DNA of 62,096 nucleotides from Candidatus Nomurabacteria bacterium RIFCSPLOWO2_12_FULL_40_42 (lineage in GTDB: Bacteria > Patescibacteriota > Minisyncoccia > Phycocordibacterales > UBA9973), in NCBI GenBank assembly GCA_001786195.1, contig MFVS01000017.1, forward strand, positions 1 to 62,096, written 5' to 3'. Shown in pieces: positions 1-6,840 of the stretch. Under the pieces are notes generated by a model, which did not search any database, was not told where the DNA came from, and saw only the letters and a list, made by a program, of their open reading frames with translations. Within the stretch, counting starts at the first letter, position 1. Each line of letters begins with the position of its first letter. Made by a program: the position numbers and the translations under genes.

Positions 1-68
1 AGAGGGACTCATCCTCCCGCCCTCCGGGGTGGTAAATCCACGCAAGATGATTGGTAGTTTTATCAAAC

Positions 69-106
69 CAGCAGCGTCCGAAAGGAACAAACGCTGCTGA
101 TTTTTT
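69..106 (+). terminator. intrinsic-terminator-like hairpin
   Basis: Stem CAGCAGCGT (69-77) / ACGCTGCTG (91-99), 13-nt loop, then ATTTTTT. It follows an open frame that runs off the left edge and stops at TAG 55-57. Confidence 0.5.
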
Positions 107-114
107 GTTCGGGC

Positions 115-142
115 TTGCATTTATGGATGAGTATGCTATCTT
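115..142 (+). promoter_or_regulatory. sigma70-type promoter candidate
   Basis: TTGCAT (115-120), 16-nt spacer ending in TGc, TATCTT (137-142). Read by eye. Confidence 0.35.
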
Positions 143-258
143 ATATATGTGAATAAAAACATACAAGCAAATAATTATTTCTTTTTCAGCTTTACGAAAA
201 GTCTTAGAAGGCTGATATTTGCGCTGTAAAAAATCTCTTAAACAAAAATTTACAACTC

Positions 259-294
259 GAACACCAGCCCTCTAAATGGCTGGTGTTCTTGTTT
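259..294 (+). terminator. intrinsic-terminator-like hairpin
   Basis: 11-bp stem GAACACCAGCC (259-269) / GGCTGGTGTTC (278-288), then TTGTTT. Confidence 0.5.
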
Positions 295-339
295 AGAGGG
301 GGTGGATGTGTTCCCAAATCAAAAAAAAGGTCAAACTAT

Positions 340-489
340 ATGTCAAAGAGCAATGGTTTCGTTGATCACAACCACTTGGAAGTGGTTGAATTAGTTAACC
401 AAATGCAAGCCATCTTGGCTCGCCAAAGGGCAAAAATGGCAGTTGCCCCAGTTAGTCCGCGATGGCTAAAAAAGAAAAAGAAGAAGTAA
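340..489 (+). CDS. hypothetical 49-aa protein with Lys-rich tail (RWLKKKKKK)
   Basis: ATG 340 is the first start outside the 259-288 hairpin. The ORF is bracketed by two terminator hairpins. No family recognised. Confidence 0.3.
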   Translation: MSKSNGFVDHNHLEVVELVNQMQAILARQRAKMAVAPVSPRWLKKKKKK

Positions 490-500
490 CAGCATCGAAC

Positions 501-539
501 AGCATGTGTGGAGATTGTTCTCCACACATGCTGTTTTTA
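501..539 (+). terminator. Rho-independent terminator
   Basis: 14-bp perfect stem AGCATGTGTGGAGA / TCTCCACACATGCT, loop TTGT, then GTTTTTAT. Confidence 0.75.
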
Positions 540-551
540 TTTTTAAACTTA

Positions 552-560
552 TGCTAAAAT
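552..560 (+). promoter_or_regulatory. extended -10 box TGcTAAAAT, 9 nt before the aspS ATG
   Basis: Read by eye. No Shine-Dalgarno between the box and ATG 570. Confidence 0.35.
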
Positions 561-569
561 AATTTCACA

Positions 570-2036
570 ATGCGAAACAGAATTTATATCAAAGACCTTA
601 AAGAACATATCGGTAAAGAAGTCATCATCGCCGGATGGGTGGATGTGAGGAGGGATCAGGGGAAAATGATCTTTTTTGATATGCGGGATATGACCGGCAA
701 GGTGCAATGTGTGGCTTTGCCAGGTAAAAACTTTCCGTCAAAGAATTTTCCCGCCTTCGCCCTCGGAGACAAAGGACAGGGAACCCACGGCTTCTTAAAT
801 TCTTCGCCGGAAAGTTTAGTCAAAGAGATCAGGCCGGAGTGGGTTTTAAAAATTACCGGCAAGGTAAACAAGCGTCCGGAGAAAAATATAAAGGCTGAAG
901 TGTTAAATGGCGATCTGGAACTAGAAGTCACTCAGATAGAAGTTTTAAATAAGGCGGAAACGACTCCTTTTCAAATCACTGAAAGCACTATCGGGATCAA
1001 TGAGGATTTGAGAATGAAATACAAATATCTTGATTTGCGCACGGAAAGGATGCAAAAAAATATTCGTATGCGAGACAAAATTATTTCTTTCTTTCGCGAT
1101 TATATGCACAAAAACGGTTTTATTGAAATTGAAACTCCGATTTTAATGAAAGGCACGCCGGAAGGTTCTCGCGAGTATGTAGTTCCATCCAGACTTTTTA
1201 ATGGAAAATTTTATGTGCTACCGCAATCGCCTCAGCAATTTAAACAACTTTGTATGGTAGCTGGTTTTGAGAAATATTTTCAAATTGCGCGTTGCATGCG
1301 AGACGAAGATACAAGAGGAGACAGACAACTTGAATTTACCCAATTAGATTTCGAGATTTCTTTTGTCACCCAAGAAGAGGTGCTCGAATACACAGAAGCC
1401 ATGTTTATTGAACTGGTAAAGAATGTTTACCCTGAGAAAAAGATTTCCAAAATTCCTTTTCCTAGAATCTCTTATGCCGAGTCAATGAAAAAATATGGTT
1501 CCGACAAACCGGATATGCGGGTAAATAAAAATGATCCGAACGAGCTTGCTTTTGTGTGGGTTTTAGATTTCCCGATGTTTGAGAAAACGAAAGAAGGAGA
1601 ACTTCAAGCTGTGCATCATCCATTTTGTTCAATCAAAGAAGAAGATAAAGAAAAATTTATAAAAGGGGAAGATATGTTTTCAATTAGAGCTAACGCTTAT
1701 GATCTAGTTTTAAATAGCTATGAATTATCTTCCGGCTCGATTAGAATTCACGAGAGAGCCATTCAAAAGCAAGTGTTTGATTTACTGAAGATTTCCGAAG
1801 AAGAGCAACAGAAAAGATTTGGACACATGCTCGAAGCGTTTACTTTTGGTGCGCCTCCGCATGGAGGTTTTGCCCCGGGCATTGATCGAATCGTGATGAT
1901 TTTGCAAAATGAACCAAATATTCGCGAAGTTATCGCTTTTCCAAAAACCGGAGAAGGCAGGGATTTAATGATGGGTTCGCCTGCGTCCATTACCGACAAA
2001 CAGTTGAAAGAGCTTGGGATAAAATTGGTGAAATAA
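570..2036 (+). CDS. aspS: aspartyl-tRNA synthetase, bacterial type lacking the GAD insertion domain
   Basis: Class II motifs FIEIETPIL, FQIARCMRDEDTRGDRQLEFTQLD and GGFAPGIDRIVMIL. N-terminal OB fold. YGSDKPDMR runs almost directly into LAFVWVLDFPMFE. Confidence 0.95.
   Translation: MRNRIYIKDLKEHIGKEVIIAGWVDVRRDQGKMIFFDMRDMTGKVQCVALPGKNFPSKNFPAFALGDKGQGTHGFLNSSPESLVKEIRPEWVLKITGKVNKRPEKNIKAEVLNGDLELEVTQIEVLNKAETTPFQITESTIGINEDLRMKYKYLDLRTERMQKNIRMRDKIISFFRDYMHKNGFIEIETPILMKGTPEGSREYVVPSRLFNGKFYVLPQSPQQFKQLCMVAGFEKYFQIARCMRDEDTRGDRQLEFTQLDFEISFVTQEEVLEYTEAMFIELVKNVYPEKKISKIPFPRISYAESMKKYGSDKPDMRVNKNDPNELAFVWVLDFPMFEKTKEGELQAVHHPFCSIKEEDKEKFIKGEDMFSIRANAYDLVLNSYELSSGSIRIHERAIQKQVFDLLKISEEEQQKRFGHMLEAFTFGAPPHGGFAPGIDRIVMILQNEPNIREVIAFPKTGEGRDLMMGSPASITDKQLKELGIKLVK
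728..817. repeat. 90-nt inverted-repeat element inserted in-frame in the aspS OB-fold domain
   Basis: AAACTTTCCG (728-737) pairs with CGGAAAGTTT (808-817). AAGAATTT (741-748) pairs with AAATTCTT (797-804). The interior is GC-rich. 90 nt = 30 codons (NFPSKNFPAFALGDKGQGTHGFLNSSPESL). Confidence 0.7.
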
Positions 2037-2044
2037 TTTTTTTA

Positions 2045-2374
2045 ATGAATTACACAATTTCGGGCATTGTGATAAAAGGCGACGGATATGGCAGAAAACT
2101 TGGGTTTCCGACGGTGAATTTAAAAACACAGACTAAAGAGCTTCCGCCGGAGGGAGTATATGCTGGAGTTGTTGCGCTAGATGGTGTAGAGTACAGAGCT
2201 GGAATTGTAATAGGGCCTCGTGATAGAATAGAGGCACATCTTATAGGTTACGAAGGAGATGCATATGGAAAGACAGTGATACTCCAAACAAAAAAATTTT
2301 TGAGAAAATATCAAAAATTCGACACTGAACAGGAATTGATTATTCAAATAAAAAAAGATATAGAAAAATGTTAA
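2045..2374 (+). CDS. stand-alone riboflavin kinase domain protein
   Basis: 109 aa with GIVIKGDGYGRKLGFPTVNL, typical of the RibF C-terminal kinase domain. No FAD synthetase half. Confidence 0.8.
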   Translation: MNYTISGIVIKGDGYGRKLGFPTVNLKTQTKELPPEGVYAGVVALDGVEYRAGIVIGPRDRIEAHLIGYEGDAYGKTVILQTKKFLRKYQKFDTEQELIIQIKKDIEKC

Positions 2375-3354
2375 AAAATTACACCGGTCCAATTTTTATT
2401 CTTATTGCCGCGACTCTCTGGGCTTTTGATGGGCTGATTCGCCAGCATTTGTATACGCTGCCGCCGATTACCATAATATTCTTCGAGCACTTGATTGGTC
2501 TAGCGCTTTTGTTTCCTTTTGTTCACAAATATATTTTTAGCACAAAATTAACCAAGCGCGAATGGTGGCTGGTAGTTTTGATCGCGATTTTAAGCGGGCT
2601 TTTCGGGACTTTATGGTTTACGACTGCGCTCGGCAAAGTGCATTTTATTACCATATCCGTCGTCTTTTTGTTGCAGAAACTTCAGCCAATCTTTGCCATC
2701 ACTTCGGCCAGAATTTTTTTGAAGGAAAAACTCGATCAGCGATATGTCAAATGGGCCGTGCTCGCCATCATTGCCGCTTATTTCGTAACTTTCAAAAATG
2801 GATATGTTGATTTCTCGGCTGGCGGGGGAGGCAAAGAGACTCTGATTGCGGCGCTCTATGCGCTCGGTGCCGCATTTGCCTGGGGCTCTTCCACCACCTT
2901 TTCCAAAATGCTTTTAGGAAAAGTGGACCCCGTTAGAAGTCGCGCTCGCGACTTTGCCGCGAGTCCTTCGGACCGCGGCGCGGCTACTTCTAACGGGGTG
3001 GATTTTAAAGTTAGTACTTTTTATAGATTTTTAGTCACAATAATAGTCGCTCTGCCTGTCCTCTTTTTGTTTGGCAAGGGATCGAGTTTATCCGCGCCGA
3101 CTACTTCGCAATTTGGATTACTGGCGCTTATTGCTGTCTCGACCGGCATGGTGGCACTTTTGATTTATTACAAAGGGCTGGCTAAAACCCCGGTGCATAT
3201 TTCTACCATTCTGGAACTGACGTTTCCTTTTGTTGCCATTTTATTAGATTTTATCGTCAACCATACTGTTCTAGCTCCGTCTCAATGGCTCGCGGCGATC
3301 GTGTTGGTTTTTAGTATTTACCAGATTGCTAGGTTGCGTGAAAGCATTACGTAA
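2368..3354 (+). CDS. EamA/DMT family transporter
   Basis: 328 aa, about 10 hydrophobic helices in two halves, typical EamA-like composition. ATG overlaps the upstream stop. Confidence 0.8.
   Translation: MLKNYTGPIFILIAATLWAFDGLIRQHLYTLPPITIIFFEHLIGLALLFPFVHKYIFSTKLTKREWWLVVLIAILSGLFGTLWFTTALGKVHFITISVVFLLQKLQPIFAITSARIFLKEKLDQRYVKWAVLAIIAAYFVTFKNGYVDFSAGGGGKETLIAALYALGAAFAWGSSTTFSKMLLGKVDPVRSRARDFAASPSDRGAATSNGVDFKVSTFYRFLVTIIVALPVLFLFGKGSSLSAPTTSQFGLLALIAVSTGMVALLIYYKGLAKTPVHISTILELTFPFVAILLDFIVNHTVLAPSQWLAAIVLVFSIYQIARLRESIT
2928..3002. repeat. MITE-like palindromic element plus target duplication, in-frame in the EamA gene
   Basis: 14-bp perfect terminal IR ACCCCGTTAGAAGT (2927-2940) / ACTTCTAACGGGGT (2986-2999). 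Inner hairpins GTCGCG..CGCGAC and GTCC-TTCG-GGAC. GTGGA at 2923-2927 is repeated at 2998-3002. The inserted block is 75 nt = 25 codons. Confidence 0.75.
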
Positions 3355-3379
3355 TTAATTACGTATTTAATTACGTAAC
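3346..3379. repeat. three 12-nt phased ATTACGTA repeats upstream of the PCD gene
   Basis: TTACGTA at 3347, 3359 and 3371. The first overlaps the EamA stop codon and the last ends 8 nt before ATG 3386. Confidence 0.6.
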
Positions 3380-3385
3380 AAAAAT

Positions 3386-3727
3386 ATGACTGACAAAAAA
3401 AATTTGTTGAAGAAAAAATGTGTACCGTGCGAGGATAAAAATATCAAACCGCTTGGCAGAGCAGATGCACAAGATTATTTGGATGAAATTCCGGGCTGGG
3501 CATTAGACCAAGACGCTAAAAAGATTTCCAAAGAATTTAAATTTCAGGATTTCATCGGAGCGATAAATTTTGTGGAGAGAGTTGCCGACATAGCCGAAGA
3601 AGAAGGCCATCATCCAGACATTCACATTCATTACAACAAAGTCCTCCTAGAACTTACTACGCACGCCATCGGCGGACTGTCCGAAAATGATTTCATCATG
3701 GCCGCCAAAATTGATGCGTATAATTAA
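3386..3727 (+). CDS. phhB: pterin-4-alpha-carbinolamine dehydratase (PCD/DCoH)
   Basis: 113 aa, EEEGHHPDIHIHYNKV signature. Confidence 0.9.
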   Translation: MTDKKNLLKKKCVPCEDKNIKPLGRADAQDYLDEIPGWALDQDAKKISKEFKFQDFIGAINFVERVADIAEEEGHHPDIHIHYNKVLLELTTHAIGGLSENDFIMAAKIDAYN

Positions 3728-3773
3728 AAAAATTTCAGCTTGATTTTTTAAGTAGTTTCACTACACTGCTTGT

Positions 3774-5273
3774 ATGGAAAATTTAGAAACGAGTAAACAA
3801 AAACACATTCCCATTACTATCGATAAAAGTCATTTAGTGACTATTGGCGAAAAACTCTATACAGAAAAAATGAGTTTCTTGCGCGAGTTGGTAAATAACG
3901 CCTACGATGCCGATGCGACAGAAGTAAGAATTGATATTTTACCCGACGCCATAACTGTTGCCGATAATGGCAGCGGCATGGATGAAAAAGGTTTGGGTCA
4001 GTATTTTACCATTGGTTCTTCGTTTAAAAAAGATCACGAAAAAAGCCCGATATTTAGCAGACAAAGAATAGGTGAGTTTGGTATTGGTAAATTCGCGGTG
4101 TTGTCTAGTTGTAAGGAATTTATTGTGGAAACGGAGCGGGGAGATTTTCGAGCGCGATTAGTGTTTGACAAAGAAGTTTGGTCACGGCACCAAGACTGGC
4201 ACGTCAACATAGATATACTGACGAAAAACACAGCCAAGGGCAATGGTACCATTATTATCTTACGGAATGTTGACAGTCAATTTCAATTGCCGAAAGTCCG
4301 TCGTTATTTGGCTGAACGCACACCGATCAACACGCCGAACTTCTCGGTATTTTTGAATGGAGAAAAGGTTACTGACAATATTGTCGTAGGAAGACAATTG
4401 CCTTTCCATCATATTACTCCATACGGCATCGTGAGCGGACAAATTATTGTAAGCCCAGTCAATCACAGAAGCGAGAAAATAGGCATCGCTGTTTTAGTTA
4501 AAGGTGTCTTGGTGAAATACGAAACTTTCGGATTGGAAACTTCTCGCAAATGGGGCGTAACTAGAATTACCGGCAAAATCAACGCCGACTTCTTGCCTAT
4601 TACCAGCAGTCGGGATGACTTTTTGCGAGATACACCAGAGTATGTTATTTTTTCGGATTTAATAAAAAAAGAAATAGCCAAAGTGTTGCACATCCTGCGG
4701 CAAGAAGGAGATGTTAAAGCCAATATTCAGGCCTCCAAAGTGCTCAAAGACGCTCTTTTTAAAATAGGAAAAGCCATGAAAAATTTTAAAAATGCCTTTC
4801 CGGGAGTTCAGGTGCCGATGGGCGAAGCCGCTTTATCTGAATTTTCTAAAACCAGCGATGGTTATGAAATTTCCAAAGCAGAGTTTTTAGATTTCCAAAC
4901 CAATCTTGATCCAGAAATTCAAAAACGGCTTGCAGAGAATAAAGAAAAGAAAAAAGGGAGAGGGAGGCCAAGCGCCATTTTAGGAAACAAATCTGTGGTG
5001 CGGACGCTGAAAGTCGCCAATCTAGACATCGCGGTGCGTCTGGAACATTTGGGCGGAGATGATGAATCCATGATTGCAAGCGGTGTCATTTATATTAATC
5101 TTGATCATCCTCTCTATCGCACCTACCAGAAAAATGACGAACAATTAACTCAACATATTGCTCGCATTTTAACGAAAGAATTAACCCTGCAGACCGGAGT
5201 CAAAGACGCCGAGCAAGCCTTCGCTCTGCAAGCGGGTCTCTTAACCGATGCGCTCAAAGACAAAGGAGCGTAG
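3774..5273 (+). CDS. GHKL-superfamily ATPase (HATPase_c_3 / MORC-Hsp90-like N-domain), orphan
   Basis: LRELVNNAYDADATEVRI (N box), DNGSGMD (G1), IGEFGIGKFA (G2). 499 aa, C-terminal part unassigned. Confidence 0.8.
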   Translation: MENLETSKQKHIPITIDKSHLVTIGEKLYTEKMSFLRELVNNAYDADATEVRIDILPDAITVADNGSGMDEKGLGQYFTIGSSFKKDHEKSPIFSRQRIGEFGIGKFAVLSSCKEFIVETERGDFRARLVFDKEVWSRHQDWHVNIDILTKNTAKGNGTIIILRNVDSQFQLPKVRRYLAERTPINTPNFSVFLNGEKVTDNIVVGRQLPFHHITPYGIVSGQIIVSPVNHRSEKIGIAVLVKGVLVKYETFGLETSRKWGVTRITGKINADFLPITSSRDDFLRDTPEYVIFSDLIKKEIAKVLHILRQEGDVKANIQASKVLKDALFKIGKAMKNFKNAFPGVQVPMGEAALSEFSKTSDGYEISKAEFLDFQTNLDPEIQKRLAENKEKKKGRGRPSAILGNKSVVRTLKVANLDIAVRLEHLGGDDESMIASGVIYINLDHPLYRTYQKNDEQLTQHIARILTKELTLQTGVKDAEQAFALQAGLLTDALKDKGA

Positions 5274-5335
5274 GTTTTCTATGTGATATTTTTAGTTAAT
5301 GAAGCGCATAACTAAAATTAAGTAAAAAAGATTAA

Positions 5336-5371
5336 ATACCATAATAGCAACGGCCGTTGCTATTATGGTAT
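5336..5371. repeat. 36-nt perfect palindrome (family E), bidirectional-terminator-like
   Basis: ATACCATAATAGCAACGG|CCGTTGCTATTATGGTAT. It lies between convergent genes ending at 5273 (+) and 5450 (-), with an A-tract before and a T-tract after. Confidence 0.8.
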
Positions 5372-5449
5372 TTTGTAGTTAGGTGAAATCAAAAAGGGCG
5401 GGTCGTGTTTCAGACGATCTCCGCCCAGATGTTGCGTGGCCAGCGCGAT

Positions 5450-5833
5450 TTAGGCCTTTTTCCTTTCTCCACAATGAGCACAGTATGTGCCAGGGATACA
5501 GCCCCAGTCTGTTCTCCTTGTGCGATCTTCCTCAACTTCTTCCCATTTGTGTCTTCCGTTTGGTGATTTTTCGCAGGGCTTCAATTTTTCTCCGATCCAA
5601 ACGATCATGCCACAGCAAATGGCATAAAAGATGGCAAAGAGAAAAAACAAGATAGCGAGGGAGAACAGAAGAAGAAATGTAGACAGGATTAATGCCACAG
5701 CAAATGCCCACAATGGTGGAACTTTTCCTGCATGATCGTAGAAGATGTACATCATTCCTTCCGCTAAGAAGAAACAAGGCACACCGAGGATGAAGTAAAG
5801 TAAGAGATTGGGGGGAATAGTGTATTTTTTCAT
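5450..5833 (-). CDS. membrane protein with C-terminal Cys/His-rich (zinc-ribbon-like) tail
   Basis: Start moved to ATG 5833 (AAAGGAAAAAATG context). 3-4 hydrophobic helices, then C..H..C..CxxC. Confidence 0.55.
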   Translation of the reverse strand: MKKYTIPPNLLLYFILGVPCFFLAEGMMYIFYDHAGKVPPLWAFAVALILSTFLLLFSLAILFFLFAIFYAICCGMIVWIGEKLKPCEKSPNGRHKWEEVEEDRTRRTDWGCIPGTYCAHCGERKKA

Positions 5834-6021
5834 TTTTTCCTTTCTATTGTTGCTTGTCACCGAAAAAGTGATGCGCACTTTCCTTTCATTTTTTGGTTAA
5901 CTATTCAGTTGTCAATGTGCCACCACACAAAGAACAATTTTTCGTTCATCCGCAATCACGGCAACGAAAAACGGACACTCAACTCGAGAGCCCGTTTGTA
6001 ATTGCATTATTGATAGAAAAA

Positions 6022-6414
6022 TCAAATACGATCACCAACCGACTCTCTAGTTCGGTTGTGAGGATGCTTTGATAGACGAGCTAAAACTAAGCGATACCCG
6101 CCGAGAGATCCGCCGAGCCACTTGGCAATACGGGCAATCGTGGACGAGGACAGGCCGGTTCTTTCGCTTATGGCATTGTATTGCATATCCTCCGAAAGCA
6201 GGCGAGCGGCTTCTAAACGATTGGAAAATTCTTTGATCTCGATCGGAGTCATTAGGTCGCGCAGGAATCTTTTGGCCTCGTTTTCATTTTGGAGCGCCAA
6301 AATACCAGCCACCAGCTGCTTATTTTCTTTGGTGTACCAATCCGTATCCGACCCGATTTCTTTGATCAATCGGACAGTTTTTACCCTTGTATTATCATTT
6401 GTTCCTTTACCCAT
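6022..6414 (-). CDS. TrpR-like YerC/YecD family protein
   Basis: 130 aa. FLRDLMTPIEIKEFSNRLEAARLL ... TGLSSSTIARIAKWL ... GGY matches the YerC/YecD pattern. Confidence 0.75.
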   Translation of the reverse strand: MGKGTNDNTRVKTVRLIKEIGSDTDWYTKENKQLVAGILALQNENEAKRFLRDLMTPIEIKEFSNRLEAARLLSEDMQYNAISERTGLSSSTIARIAKWLGGSLGGYRLVLARLSKHPHNRTRESVGDRI

Positions 6415-6640
6415 GCTTATATTCCTCTACTTTATCAAACTAAAGTACTTTCGTCAAGTAAAGTAAAGAATGAGGTTGAGATAATTATTTTACCCAAAAT
6501 CCATACCTGAATTCGGGGGGATAGGTTGACAAAAGTGTTGCTATATGGCAGACTTATTCTTAAGGTTCCTCTTTCGACTCTGGCTCTCTTTGGGCTAGCA
6601 ACCTGAGGCGTAGAGCAAGATAACTCAAAGTTATTGGAGT

Positions 6641-6787
6641 ATGAAAAAACCTACGTGGGTAAAATCAATCCAGGTGGAATTCAGCGAGAGTCCATTTACA
6701 TGCTGGCTCTATGTTGGATTTCTGTTCCTGGTTTTGGTTTTCCGTCCGCTAGTAGATTGGTGGTTTCGGAATCACCGCAGTTACTAG
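6641..6787 (+). CDS. hypothetical 48-aa membrane peptide (below the ORF-track cutoff)
   Basis: ATG 6641 to TAG 6785-6787: MKKPTWVKSIQVEFSESPFTCWLYVGFLFLVLVFRPLVDWWFRNHRSY. A terminator hairpin follows. Confidence 0.3.
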   Translation: MKKPTWVKSIQVEFSESPFTCWLYVGFLFLVLVFRPLVDWWFRNHRSY

Positions 6788-6801
6788 GGATTTGATGTGA
6801 A

Positions 6802-6840
6802 GGCGCCGGGTGGTTTTACCTCCCCGGCGCCGCGTTATTT
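6802..6840 (+). terminator. GC hairpin at the convergent junction with pepN
   Basis: GGCGCCGGG (6802-6810) / CCCGGCGCC (6823-6831), then GCGTTATTTT. Overlaps the last pepN codons. Confidence 0.45.

Noticed and set aside
1-57. Open frame running off the left edge (..RGTHPPALRGGKSTQDDW*), or the 3' end of a structured RNA.
   Set aside because: It is too short to assign and I could not match it to tmRNA, RNase P or a riboswitch. Left uncalled.
69-106. The hairpin ..GTCC-GAAA-GGAAC.. reminded me of the SRP RNA domain IV GNRA tetraloop.
   Set aside because: It lacks the conserved AGCA/GGAA symmetric-loop residues and is followed by a U-tract. A plain terminator is the simpler reading.
283-339. 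Upstream GTG start of the small ORF (track 283-489).
   Set aside because: The start lies inside the 3' arm of the 259-288 terminator hairpin. ATG 340 is more plausible, and the ORF itself remains low confidence.
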